From positions 2,550,001 through 2,582,000 of the forward strand of contig FP565575.1 in NCBI GenBank assembly GCA_000091165.1: 32,000 bases of DNA. Reading direction: 5' to 3'. This document shows, piece by piece, positions 10,567-19,059 of the stretch; positions within the stretch are counted from its first letter, which is position 1; each line of letters begins with the position of its first letter. Source of the DNA: Candidatus Methylomirabilis oxygeniifera. Its GTDB lineage: Bacteria; Methylomirabilota; Methylomirabilia; Methylomirabilales; Methylomirabilaceae. Under the pieces are notes generated by a model. That model had not been told where the DNA came from. It saw only the letters and a list, made by a program, of their open reading frames with translations, and did not search any database. Position numbers and translations under genes: made by a program.

Positions 10567-11583
10567 ATGATTATCGTCATGAAAACCGGGGCCTCCGAGA
10601 GCCAGATCCGGGACGTCATTCGGCGGATCGAGGAGCTTGGCTACCAGGCGCATATCATTGAGGGGGCGCAGCGGACCGTCATTGGAGCTGTAGGGGATGA
10701 GCGGGGCAAAGACCGCCTCCAGTCGCTGGAGGTGATGCCGGGCGTAGACACCGTCGTCCCGATTCTGCAGCCGTTCAAGCTGGCCAGCCGGGAGGTCAAG
10801 GGCGGCAAGAGTATCGTCCGGGTGGGCGATCTGGAGATTGGCGGACCGGCGATCGTCGTCATGGCCGGTCCCTGCTCGGTGGAAAGTGAGACGCAGATGG
10901 TGCAGACCGCCCAGGCAGTCAAGGCGGCCGGCGCGACGGTTCTCCGGGGCGGGGCGTTCAAGCCGCGCACCTCACCCTACGCCTTTCAAGGCCTGGCCGA
11001 GGAGGGACTCAAGTACCTGGATGCCGCTCGGGCGGCGACTGGCCTGAAGATCATCACCGAGGTCGTCAACCCGATGGACGTCGAGCTGGTCGCCGAGTAC
11101 GCCGATATTCTGCAGATCGGTGCCCGCAACGTCCAGAACTTCGCTCTGCTCAAGCGGGCCGGCGAGGTCGGCAAGCCGGTCCTGCTCAAGCGCGGGATGG
11201 CGACCACCATCAAGGAGTTCCTGATGGCGGCCGAATATATCCTGTCGGAGGGCAACTACAACGTCGCCCTGTGCGAGCGCGGGATTCGGACCTTCGAAAC
11301 CGCCACTCGCTTCACCCTCGACCTGAGCGCGGTCCCGGTTCTCAACAAACTGACCCACCTGCCGGTCGTGATCGACCCCAGTCACGGCACCGGCCACTGG
11401 GAGTATGTAGCGTCGATGGCCAAGGCCTCGGTCGCCTGCGGCGCCGACGGCCTCCTGATCGAGGTCCACCCCACTCCCGAGACGGCTCAGTCGGACGGCC
11501 TGCAATCGCTCAAGCTCACCACGTTCCAGCAGCTCATGGACGAGCTGCGCCCCATCGCCCTCGCCGTCGGCCGCCGAATCTAG
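10567..11583 (+). CDS. aroF: 3-deoxy-7-phosphoheptulonate (DAHP) synthase with N-terminal ferredoxin-like regulatory domain
   Basis: [73 protein letters not shown]; ATG at 10567 inside the longer supplied ORF. Confidence 0.96.
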   Translation: MIIVMKTGASESQIRDVIRRIEELGYQAHIIEGAQRTVIGAVGDERGKDRLQSLEVMPGVDTVVPILQPFKLASREVKGGKSIVRVGDLEIGGPAIVVMAGPCSVESETQMVQTAQAVKAAGATVLRGGAFKPRTSPYAFQGLAEEGLKYLDAARAATGLKIITEVVNPMDVELVAEYADILQIGARNVQNFALLKRAGEVGKPVLLKRGMATTIKEFLMAAEYILSEGNYNVALCERGIRTFETATRFTLDLSAVPVLNKLTHLPVVIDPSHGTGHWEYVASMAKASVACGADGLLIEVHPTPETAQSDGLQSLKLTTFQQLMDELRPIALAVGRRI

Positions 11584-11633
11584 GCTCGCACTCCCGACAC
11601 ACATCAGTCTACCCCCTCGCGCCTTCTCTTTGA

Positions 11634-11804
11634 CATCCAGGTCTTCAATTCAAGCAAGTTCACCCACATCGGCCGATCTTCGCCGTACGCATCGGCTTGG
11701 GACATAGAGCGCTCGGCGTCCGCCAGAGCGAAGAGATCGTGTGGTTCTGGGTCGGCACGCATGCGGAGTATAACCACATTCTGTCGCAGATGCGTCGTGG
11801 TTAA
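11634..11804 (+). pseudogene. C-terminal remnant of a RelE/HigB/ParE-superfamily toxin
   Basis: Manual translation of the open frame after the TGA at 11631: HPGLQFKQVHPHRPIFAVRIGLGHRALGVRQSEEIVWFWVGTHAEYNHILSQMRRG*. Matches the C-terminal pattern (FKxVxxxxPIxxVRIGxxxRALGVxxxxxIxWFWIGxHAEY) recalled for this family; the N-terminal half and a start are absent. Confidence 0.62.
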
Positions 11805-11903
11805 TAACTACCTGACGGACAATCCTGCCTGGAGCCGGAGGATTGTTATGTGCATGGCGCCTTATTCTTCCCCGCACCTTTGGATCGCATGCGTGATCGA
11901 CGC

Positions 11904-12287
11904 TTACAGTGTTGTAGCCACCAGATCGATCTCGACGGCGGCGCCGCGGGGGAGGGTGGCGACACCGACCGTGGAGCGGGCCGGCTTCGCGTGTCCCAGA
12001 TATTCGGCGTAGACCTCATTCATCTTAGCGAAATTGCTCAGATCGGTGAGGTACACGGTGGCCTTGATGACGTGGTCGAGCGAACTTCCCCCCGCCTCCA
12101 GGACCGCCTTGAGATTCTCCAGGGCTCGGTGCGTCTGGGCCGATACGTCGCCCTCGATCAGCGTCCCGGTGGCCGGGTCCAGCGCGATCTGACCGGAGGT
12201 GAAGAGCAATCCATTACATCTGATAGCCTGCTCATATGGTCCGATTGCCTGTGGTGCCTTGTCAGTGCTCACGACTTCACGCAACAT
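11904..12287 (-). CDS. ridA: RidA family reactive intermediate/imine deaminase
   Basis: STDKAPQAIGPYEQAIRCNGLLFTSGQIALDPATG, KATVYLTDLSNFAKMNEVYAEYL, ARSTVGVATLPRGAAVEIDLVA; ATG at 12287 with GGGAGGAG upstream (the supplied ORF is longer). Confidence 0.95.
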   Translation of the reverse strand: MLREVVSTDKAPQAIGPYEQAIRCNGLLFTSGQIALDPATGTLIEGDVSAQTHRALENLKAVLEAGGSSLDHVIKATVYLTDLSNFAKMNEVYAEYLGHAKPARSTVGVATLPRGAAVEIDLVATTL

Positions 12288-12344
12288 TTGCTCCTCCCAC
12301 CTCCAATTCGTTGTCCGTTCGCACTCCAAACCCCTTGTCGCGCG

Positions 12345-12445
12345 CGTCATTGCGAGCCGAGGGCGAAGCAATCTCACCGTTCTTCAAGACCAGAGAAACA
12401 AAACCGTTGGATTGCCGCGCTCCCGCTGGTCGCTCACAACGACAG
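12345..12445. repeat. REP-like imperfect palindromic element (CGTCATTGCGAGC...GAAGCAATC ... GGATTGCCGCG...CGCTCACAACGAC)
   Basis: Left arm 12345-12373 and right arm 12409-12445 are imperfect reverse complements; resembles the widespread TCATTGCGAG...GCAATC intergenic repeat family. Confidence 0.65.
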
Positions 12446-12470
12446 AACGCGGGCATCGATGAAGGCTGCT

Positions 12471-14276
12471 CTATGCACTGACGGCGCCGACAACATCATG
12501 AATGGTTGTAGCCAGTGACTCTGAAATCCCGCCGGCGCGTCGGAGCTCATCGATACTGGCCTCCCGCAGCCGGCGGAGGCTCCCGAGCTGGGTGAGCAGC
12601 GCGCGCCGCCGCTTGGCGCCGATCCCGGGGACGTCGTCCAGCAGGGAGCGGATAGCCGACTTGCCCCGCAGCGCCCGGTGGTAGGTGATGGCAAACCGGT
12701 GCGACTCGTCGCGGATCTGTTGAAGCAGTTGCCTGGCCCGTGACCGCTCCGGGAGCGCGATCGGCGTGGACCTGGATGGGTGGAAGACCAACTCCTCCTC
12801 CTTGGCCAGGCTCACCATCGGCAGCGCGTGTAGCCCGAGCTCCCTCGCCACGCCCAGCGCGGCGTTGAGCTGACCGCGACCGCCATCGAGTAGCATCAGG
12901 TCCGGAAGCGGCATCTCCTCGGCCTTGCGCAACCGCCGCTGTACCACCTCGGCTAGCATGGCAAAGTCGTCCGGCCCCTCCACCGTCTTGATCTTGTAGC
13001 GCCTATAGGCCGATTTTTTGGGCTTGCCATCCTCCCAGACCACCTGGGAGCCGACCGCCAGCGCCCCCGAGAGGTTCGAGATGTCGTAGGCCTCGATCCG
13101 CCTGGGCGGGGCCGGGAGGTCCAGTACCGTTTGCAACTCCTTCAGGGCTGCCTCGCGACTCTGTGAGGATCGGAGGCTGAGCGCGAGGGCCTCCTGGGCG
13201 TTCCTCAGCGCCATCTGGATCAGCCGCATCTTACGTCCGCGCCGTGGGACCAGCAGGTTCACCCGTCGATTCGCCCGGGATGTCAGCCATGCCGCGATAA
13301 GCGGGGCGTCTTCCAGGGGCTCAGACAGCAAGATCTCGCGCGGAATGTCCCGTGCGCCGAGGTAGAACTGCTTCAGCACGGCTGACAACAGCTCGCTCAT
13401 TGTCTCAGTCTTCAACTCGAAGGTAAAGGTCTCCCGGCCGATCAGTCGGCCTCGCCGGATCAGGAAGAGTTGGACCTGGGCCTCTCCCCCTTCCGCCGCC
13501 AGGCCAAAGACATCCTGATCTTCACCCCTTGGCGAGATGATGCGCTGACGCTCGAATACCTGGCGCAATGACGCAATCTGGTCGCGATGCTTGGCAGCGC
13601 GCTCATATTCAAGCGTTTCAGCCGCCTGCTGCATCTGCGCCTCAAGGCGCTTCATCAACTCCTGATCCTTCCCGTCCAGCAGCAGTCGTGCCTGGTCCAC
13701 CAGTTCACCGTAGGCCTGTTGGCTGATGAGCCCTTCGCAGGGCCCTAGGCAGCGGCCCAAGTGGTATTCGAGGCAAAGCCGTCGTCCCTTGATTGACCGG
13801 CACTTGCGGAGGGGGATCGTTTTGTTCACGAGAGCCAGGACGTCCCACATTGCGGTGGTAGGGACATACGGGCCGTAATAGAGCGCGCCGTCATCCTTGA
13901 TCCGGCGGACCACCTGTACCCAGGGGAACGGGTCGTTCAGATCAAGCTTCAGGAAGGGGTAATGTTTATCGTCCTTGAGGGCAATGTTATAGCGTGGCTT
14001 GTGGCTCTTGATCAGGTTGCTTTCTAGGATGAGCGCCTCCAGCTCATTGTCGGTCAGGATGAACTCCAGATCGGCGATCTGCTCCACCATCGGTCGGATC
14101 AGGGGCCGCTCGGGTGTGTCCGGCGCCTCCGTGAAGTAAGAGCCGACTCGCTTCCTTAGCGACAGCGCCTTACCGATATACAACACGTGGCCTCGCGCGT
14201 CACGGAACAGATAGACGCCCGGCGCATCCGCTAAGCCCTTGACCTTTTCCTGAAGCCGCTCGATCTGTTGCATCAT
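12471..14276 (-). CDS. uvrC: Excinuclease ABC subunit UvrC
   Basis: GVYLFRDARGHVLYIGKALSLRKRVGSYF, CLEYHLGRCLGPCEG, EAYDISNLSG, LDGGRGQLNAAL, DVPGIGAKRRRALL. Confidence 0.98.
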   Translation of the reverse strand: MMQQIERLQEKVKGLADAPGVYLFRDARGHVLYIGKALSLRKRVGSYFTEAPDTPERPLIRPMVEQIADLEFILTDNELEALILESNLIKSHKPRYNIALKDDKHYPFLKLDLNDPFPWVQVVRRIKDDGALYYGPYVPTTAMWDVLALVNKTIPLRKCRSIKGRRLCLEYHLGRCLGPCEGLISQQAYGELVDQARLLLDGKDQELMKRLEAQMQQAAETLEYERAAKHRDQIASLRQVFERQRIISPRGEDQDVFGLAAEGGEAQVQLFLIRRGRLIGRETFTFELKTETMSELLSAVLKQFYLGARDIPREILLSEPLEDAPLIAAWLTSRANRRVNLLVPRRGRKMRLIQMALRNAQEALALSLRSSQSREAALKELQTVLDLPAPPRRIEAYDISNLSGALAVGSQVVWEDGKPKKSAYRRYKIKTVEGPDDFAMLAEVVQRRLRKAEEMPLPDLMLLDGGRGQLNAALGVARELGLHALPMVSLAKEEELVFHPSRSTPIALPERSRARQLLQQIRDESHRFAITYHRALRGKSAIRSLLDDVPGIGAKRRRALLTQLGSLRRLREASIDELRRAGGISESLATTIHDVVGAVSA

Positions 14277-14344
14277 AGCTAGAAAATGTCATAGGCCGGC
14301 GAGCCTGTCAAGGAGCGCCGCCACTTGCCGTTACGTAAGCCCCC

Positions 14345-14385
14345 CTGTCAAGCCACTTGACAGCGTTATCCCGAGGGCGTACGCT
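14345..14385 (+). promoter_or_regulatory. Candidate promoter/operator: perfect inverted repeat CTGTCAAG-CCA-CTTGACAG overlapping a TTGACA -35, N17, weak -10 TACGCT
   Basis: Inverted repeat 14345-14363, TTGACA 14357-14362, TACGCT 14380-14385; a second CTGTCAAG half-site at 14305-14312. Confidence 0.45.
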
Positions 14386-14455
14386 GTTGCAGGGTTCTTA
14401 CGGCCTGGCCGAGGCCGCACGCGAGAAGGAAACAATTGCAGAAAGGAGAGCATAG

Positions 14456-14641
14456 ATGGCGGGAAAGTTCCAACCATACCGAGGTGAGAAGCGGCGAAAA
14501 GAGACCGCGCGCAAGGCCAAGCAGGAGGAGAAGCTCCGAAAGAAACTGGAGAGAAAAGAGAGTGTTTTGCCGACCGTGGAGGGCGAACCCGAAGAGGATG
14601 TACCTTCCGCTGAAGAGCCGCCACCCCACCCGAGTTCATAG
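14456..14641 (+). CDS. Small highly charged conserved-type hypothetical protein (61 aa)
   Basis: MAGKFQPYRGEKRRKETARKAKQEEKLRKKLERKESVLPTVEG...; upstream GAAAGGAGAG Shine-Dalgarno-like sequence and candidate promoter. Confidence 0.6.
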   Translation: MAGKFQPYRGEKRRKETARKAKQEEKLRKKLERKESVLPTVEGEPEEDVPSAEEPPPHPSS

Positions 14642-14659
14642 TGCCGGCGGGGCGACGCG

Positions 14660-16489
14660 TTAGTGCCTCGCGACCCTTCCCCGCTTGCGCTCGTGCCGGT
14701 CCAGTAGCTTCTTGCGCAGTCGCAGACTTTTCGGCGTGACTTCCAGCAGCTCGTCTTCTGCCAGATATTCGACGCAATTGTCGAGACTCATCTGTCTCGG
14801 CGGCGTGAGACGCACTGCAACATCGGAGGTGGAGGATCGCATATTCGTCAGGTGCTTCCGCTTCGCGACATTGACCTCCAGATCTCGCTCCTTGGCCGCC
14901 TCGCCCACGACCATCCCTTCATACGCCTCGGTCCCTGGTCCGATGAAGAGAATCCCGCTTCCCTCCGCACTCGCCAGGCCGTACGCCGTGGCCACCCCAG
15001 CCTCCCACGCGACCAGCGACCCACGGTCACGTGCGCGGATCTCGCCGACCATAGGTTCATAGGCGTAAAACAGGCTGTTGAGCAATCCGGTCCCGCGTGT
15101 TGCGGTCAGGAACGCCTGCCGAAATCCCAGTAATCCTCGCGTGGGGACTATGAACTCATAGTGTACGAACCCCTGTTCACCCGTCCGCATATCCATCAGA
15201 CGCCCTCGCCGCACCCCCAACATCTCCATCACCAACCCTGCCTGCTCCTCCGGCACCTCGATGCTGACCCGCTCGAACGGCTCCAGCCGCGCCCCGGTCT
15301 CCGGATCGGTCTGAAAGATGACCTCTGGCCTCGAGACCTGCAGTTCATACCCCTCACGCCGCATCGTTTCGATCAGGACGACCAGATGTAACTCGCCTCG
15401 TCCGGCCACCAGGAAGCTGTCGGGGCTCTCCGTGTCATGGACTCGCAGGCTGACATTGTGCTCGAGCTCCTTAAACAGGCGCTCGCGGAGACTACGGCTC
15501 GAGCTCCACCGTCCCTCCCGCCCCGCGAAGGGGCTGGTGTTGACGCTGAAGGTCATCTGCACGGTCGGCTCGTCTACCAGGATCGGGGGAAGGGCCTGAG
15601 GGTTGTCCTTGTCGGCAATCGTCTCCCCAATCCCAACCTCCTCCAGGCCCGCCACCGCCACGATCTCGCCTGCCCCTGCCTCCTCGACCTCGATTCGATC
15701 CAATCCCTGATGTACAAAGACCTGCGCGACCTTATCGGGGTGGTAGGTTCCATCCTTCGCGATCCGGATGACCTCCTGGGCTCGGCGCAGACGGCCGGCG
15801 CACAGGCGACCGATGGCGATCCGACCCTTATAATCGTCATAGGCCAGCAGGTTGACCAGCATCTGCGTGGGACCATCCGGCTCCACCACGGGAGGAGGCA
15901 GGGAGCTGAGGATAGTTTCGAACAGGGGCTGCAGGTCAGGGGCCAGTGAGGTTGGCGTGTGGCCGGCCCGTCCACGGAGGCCGTCCGTATACACGATCGG
16001 GAAATCCGCTTGCTCTTCTGTTGCGCCAAGATCGATGAACAGATCGAAGGTGGCGTTGGCTGCGTAGTCGGCTCGGGCGTTCGCGCGGTCGATCTTGTTA
16101 ACAACCACGACAACCCTGTGCTGGAGCTCCAGAGCCTTGCGCAGCACGAACCGGGTCTGGGGCATCGGCCCCTCCACGGCGTCCACCAGCAGCAACACCC
16201 CGTCCACCATGTTCAAAACCCGCTCGACCTCGCCCCCGAAGTCGGCGTGTCCCGGCGTGTCTACGATATTGATTTTCACGCTTCCGTAGGTCACGGCTGT
16301 ATTCTTGGCCAGGATAGTGATGCCGCGCTCCCGCTCGAGAGGATTTGAATCCATGATCCGCATCATTACCGCCTGATTGTCCCTGAAGATGTGGCTCTGC
16401 TTCAGCATGGCATCTACGAGCGTCGTCTTGCCATGGTCCACGTGCGCGATGATGGCCAGATTCCTGAGATCGGTGCGCTGCTGTACCAT
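14660..16489 (-). CDS. typA: Ribosome-associated GTPase TypA/BipA
   Basis: [69 protein letters not shown]; C-terminal [36 protein letters not shown] at 16489. Confidence 0.98.
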   Translation of the reverse strand: MVQQRTDLRNLAIIAHVDHGKTTLVDAMLKQSHIFRDNQAVMMRIMDSNPLERERGITILAKNTAVTYGSVKINIVDTPGHADFGGEVERVLNMVDGVLLLVDAVEGPMPQTRFVLRKALELQHRVVVVVNKIDRANARADYAANATFDLFIDLGATEEQADFPIVYTDGLRGRAGHTPTSLAPDLQPLFETILSSLPPPVVEPDGPTQMLVNLLAYDDYKGRIAIGRLCAGRLRRAQEVIRIAKDGTYHPDKVAQVFVHQGLDRIEVEEAGAGEIVAVAGLEEVGIGETIADKDNPQALPPILVDEPTVQMTFSVNTSPFAGREGRWSSSRSLRERLFKELEHNVSLRVHDTESPDSFLVAGRGELHLVVLIETMRREGYELQVSRPEVIFQTDPETGARLEPFERVSIEVPEEQAGLVMEMLGVRRGRLMDMRTGEQGFVHYEFIVPTRGLLGFRQAFLTATRGTGLLNSLFYAYEPMVGEIRARDRGSLVAWEAGVATAYGLASAEGSGILFIGPGTEAYEGMVVGEAAKERDLEVNVAKRKHLTNMRSSTSDVAVRLTPPRQMSLDNCVEYLAEDELLEVTPKSLRLRKKLLDRHERKRGRVARH

Positions 16490-16849
16490 AAAGCCTTTCG
16501 ATGCGGTTATCGATTTCGCCGTACCGGCGGTAGGCGACACGACCGCGGAAATACGTTTTACGCTGAAATCCAGTGTGGAGAGGCGCGAGAAAGGTCAGAG
16601 CCTGAAGGTCAACCGGCTGCGGACCTGCTGGGGCCGTTCGAACAGATGTGGTGCTTCACGTTGCAACGGCACGAGTCAATCACCTCATGAATATACAACA
16701 CTATATCGCAAAGAAGCGGATTCGTCAAACAGGTTCCTACGCCGGGACCGGGTAGACTTTTTGATTGCGTCGCGGGCGTGCGAGGCGTACTATGCGCCAG
16801 TACACATGAACGGCTCATCTGGCGCTGTGTCACGCATGGAGGAAGACGG

Positions 16850-17413
16850 ATGAAGAGGATTCACTACGCATCAATACTCGCAACGGCCGCGGGGATGATC
16901 TTTGCCCTGGCAGCTTGTCAGGGCTTGCGCCAGGCACCCGATAAGACCCCGACCCCGGTCAAACTAGACGGCCCCGGAATTCAGAATGGCTCCACCGTAC
17001 AGCTTGAATATAAGCTGACAGACGAAAAAGGGGCGATTCTGGATACCAACGAAGGAAAGGAGCCCTTGGTCTACACACATGGGCAGGGGCAGATCATTCC
17101 TGGACTGGAAAAGGCGTTGGGCGGTCTGCGCGCAGGCGATACCAAGCACGTCGTCGTCCCATCCGACGAGGCCTATGGACCGATCAGGCCTGATGCGTTT
17201 GTTGAGATCCCTAAAGAACGCATTCCGGACAAATTTCAGACAGTCGGAGCCCATCTTGTCGCCCAAGGCAAGAACGGACAGCCCCTCCATGCCTTCGTAA
17301 AAGAGATCAAGGAAAAGACAATCGTCCTTGATACGAATCATCCCCTGGCGGGTCAGGCTCTGACCTTTGACGTCAAGGTGGTCGGCATCGAGGCAGCGCA
17401 AGAGAAGAAGTAA
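16850..17413 (+). CDS. FKBP-type peptidyl-prolyl cis-trans isomerase, predicted lipoprotein
   Basis: Signal peptide with lipobox LAAC, then VQLEYKLTDEKGAILDTNEGKEPLVYTHGQGQIIPGLEKALGGLRAGDTKHVVVPSDEAYG (SlyD/FKBP type). ATG at 16850. Confidence 0.92.
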   Translation: MKRIHYASILATAAGMIFALAACQGLRQAPDKTPTPVKLDGPGIQNGSTVQLEYKLTDEKGAILDTNEGKEPLVYTHGQGQIIPGLEKALGGLRAGDTKHVVVPSDEAYGPIRPDAFVEIPKERIPDKFQTVGAHLVAQGKNGQPLHAFVKEIKEKTIVLDTNHPLAGQALTFDVKVVGIEAAQEKK

Positions 17414-17481
17414 GGACTGGCGGGATACCCCGATTTCGAAGCGGCACCCTCGTAGTGAGGGGAAATAGGAGGAAAGAGTGA

Positions 17482-17775
17482 ATGAATCCGGAATCGCTGG
17501 AAGTCTATTGCAGCAACGAGACGTGCAGCGACCCTGGAGCAGTGGATACGGGCATTTCCGTTTCCGCTGCACAGTCGAGAAGATATCGTCGCATGAACTA
17601 CAAGGGCAAGCGTCGAATCGGCGCCGCTCGAGCCTTTCTTTCGAGTCTCGTCATGTTCCAGTTTGACCCCGGCCTCCATTCTCTTCCGCCAGGAAAGTAC
17701 CACATCTTTCAGTGCTCCGCGTGCAACCGCGAGCGCATCTACTGCGAGCAGGGCGACCAGCTTACGGAGGTGTAA
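17482..17775 (+). CDS. Small cysteine-containing hypothetical protein (possible metal-binding knuckle)
   Basis: MNPESLEVYCSNETCSDPG...FQCSACNRERIYCEQGDQ; preceded by GGAGGAAAG; ends 12 bp from the convergent thrB stop. Confidence 0.5.
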   Translation: MNPESLEVYCSNETCSDPGAVDTGISVSAAQSRRYRRMNYKGKRRIGAARAFLSSLVMFQFDPGLHSLPPGKYHIFQCSACNRERIYCEQGDQLTEV

Positions 17776-17787
17776 CCGTGGGTTTCC

Positions 17788-18696
17788 TCACTCAAGGTAG
17801 ACGAGGCCCTGGCGGTCGATCTCCAGAAGCTGCACGCGGTTCTCGATCCCGAATTCGTGTCGCCAGCGCTCTCCCATGCGTCGGCCGATCTCCTCGCCAT
17901 CTCCGCTGACCAGCGCGAGGAGTGAGGAGCCTGCGCCGCTTAGGCATGTGGCTAATGCGCCCGCTTGCCGCCCTTCCTCCAGGATTGCCTCCAGCCCGGG
18001 GAGTAGCTCGGCCCGGTACGGTTGGTGAAGACGGTCCTCCATCCCTGGTGCGAGCAGTTCGGGGCGATCGGTGACGAGGCCCGTGAGCAGGAGGGCCAGG
18101 CGGGTCAGGTTGAAGACGGCGTCGGCAAACGGGACCTGCTTAGGGAGCACCTCCCGCGCGCGCTTGGTAGGCAGCTTGAGGTCCGGGATCACGACGACGG
18201 CCTTCAAATACGCGGGAACGGGGACCCTGGCGGCCACGACGCGGCCCGCGACGATGGCGGAAGTCGTGAGACCTCCCATCAAGGCCGGCGTCACGTTGTC
18301 TGGGTGGCCTTCGAACGGCAGCGCTCTGGCGAGAAGCTCATCCGTCGAGAGTTCGACGCGAGCGAGACGACAGGCAGCAGCGATCCCGGCGAGGCAGGCT
18401 GCAGCGCTGCTCCCCAAGCCGCGCCCCAGCGGGATCCGGTTGATCTGACGCACCCGAAGTCCGGACGGCTGATGACCAAAGTCTCGGAGCGTCTCTTGTG
18501 CCGCTCGAACCGACAGGTTACGCCGCCCCGCCTGCTCCAGTTCGACCTTTCCCTCACCCTCGACCTGCAGTTGAAGTCCCTCGCCTTCGTCGGTCAGCTC
18601 TACCTCGTTATAGAGGCTGAGCGCCATCCCCAACGTATCAAATCCTGGTCCAAGGTTGGCCGTTGAGGCCGGCACTCTCACTCTTACCCGTCGCAT
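17788..18696 (-). CDS. thrB: Homoserine kinase
   Basis: RVRVPASTANLGPGFDTLGMALSLYNEVEL, RIPLGRGLGSSAAACLAGIAAA, FEGHPDNVTPALMGGLT (GHMP kinase motifs). Confidence 0.95.
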   Translation of the reverse strand: MRRVRVRVPASTANLGPGFDTLGMALSLYNEVELTDEGEGLQLQVEGEGKVELEQAGRRNLSVRAAQETLRDFGHQPSGLRVRQINRIPLGRGLGSSAAACLAGIAAACRLARVELSTDELLARALPFEGHPDNVTPALMGGLTTSAIVAGRVVAARVPVPAYLKAVVVIPDLKLPTKRAREVLPKQVPFADAVFNLTRLALLLTGLVTDRPELLAPGMEDRLHQPYRAELLPGLEAILEEGRQAGALATCLSGAGSSLLALVSGDGEEIGRRMGERWRHEFGIENRVQLLEIDRQGLVYLE

Positions 18697-18723
18697 CGAT
18701 CACCCTTTCTCCAAAAATAGCTT

Positions 18724-18751
18724 TCAGCAGTCAGCGGTCAGCAATCAGCTT
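18724..18751 (-). repeat. Heptad array, 4 units of TCAGCNN (GCTGA type on minus strand)
   Basis: TCAGCAG TCAGCGG TCAGCAA TCAGCTT in strict 7-bp phase, next to C5T3/A3G5 hairpins. Confidence 0.8.
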
Positions 18752-18768
18752 CAAACAAACCCCCCTGA

Positions 18769-18857
18769 CCCCCCTTTCCTAAAAAAGGGGGGGATTTTTC
18801 AGGTGTGCCTTTCTCAAAAAGGGGGATATTTTTCACCTCCCCCTTTCGTAAAGGGGG
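18769..18857. repeat. Cluster of CCCCCTTT/AAAGGGGG hairpin units
   Basis: CCCCCCTTT-6nt-AAAGGGGGG at 18769-18792; AAAAAGGGGG at 18816-18825; CCCCCTTT-CGT-AAAGGGGG at 18839-18857. Confidence 0.85.
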
Positions 18858-18879
18858 ATTGCGGGGGTTTTCGTACACC

Positions 18880-18928
18880 GGGATGCGGCATGGCCTCATG
18901 GGGCGTTCCACCAAGACTTCCGCATCCC
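18880..18928. repeat. Inverted repeat GGGATGCGG / CCGCATCCC (9-bp stem, 31-nt loop)
   Basis: Exact reverse complements at 18880-18888 and 18920-18928, followed by GGTGG-TCC-CCACC at 18934-18946. Confidence 0.7.
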
Positions 18929-18998
18929 GCATCGGTGGTCCCCACCATATACCGTAATTTGCCGATCCTCGCAAGGAGTAGTTGGGGGGCGAATCCCC

Positions 18999-19027
18999 TT
19001 GACTCGCTCCGGGTTTGACGCTATAAG
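18999..19027 (+). promoter_or_regulatory. Sigma70-type promoter for proC: TTGACT - N17 - TATAAG
   Basis: 5/6 match in both boxes with 17-bp spacing, 32 bp upstream of the proC ATG, which has an AAGGAG Shine-Dalgarno. Confidence 0.8.
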
Positions 19028-19059
19028 ACGAAAGGCCATTAGGACAGAAGGAGCACAGC

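Noticed and set aside
15959-16348. 129-aa plus-strand ORF opposite typA
   Set aside because: Antisense to conserved TypA G-domain motifs, no own signature.
17447-17461. CCCTC-GTAGT-GAGGG hairpin as a terminator for the FKBP gene
   Set aside because: Only a 5-bp stem and no U-tract; insufficient support.
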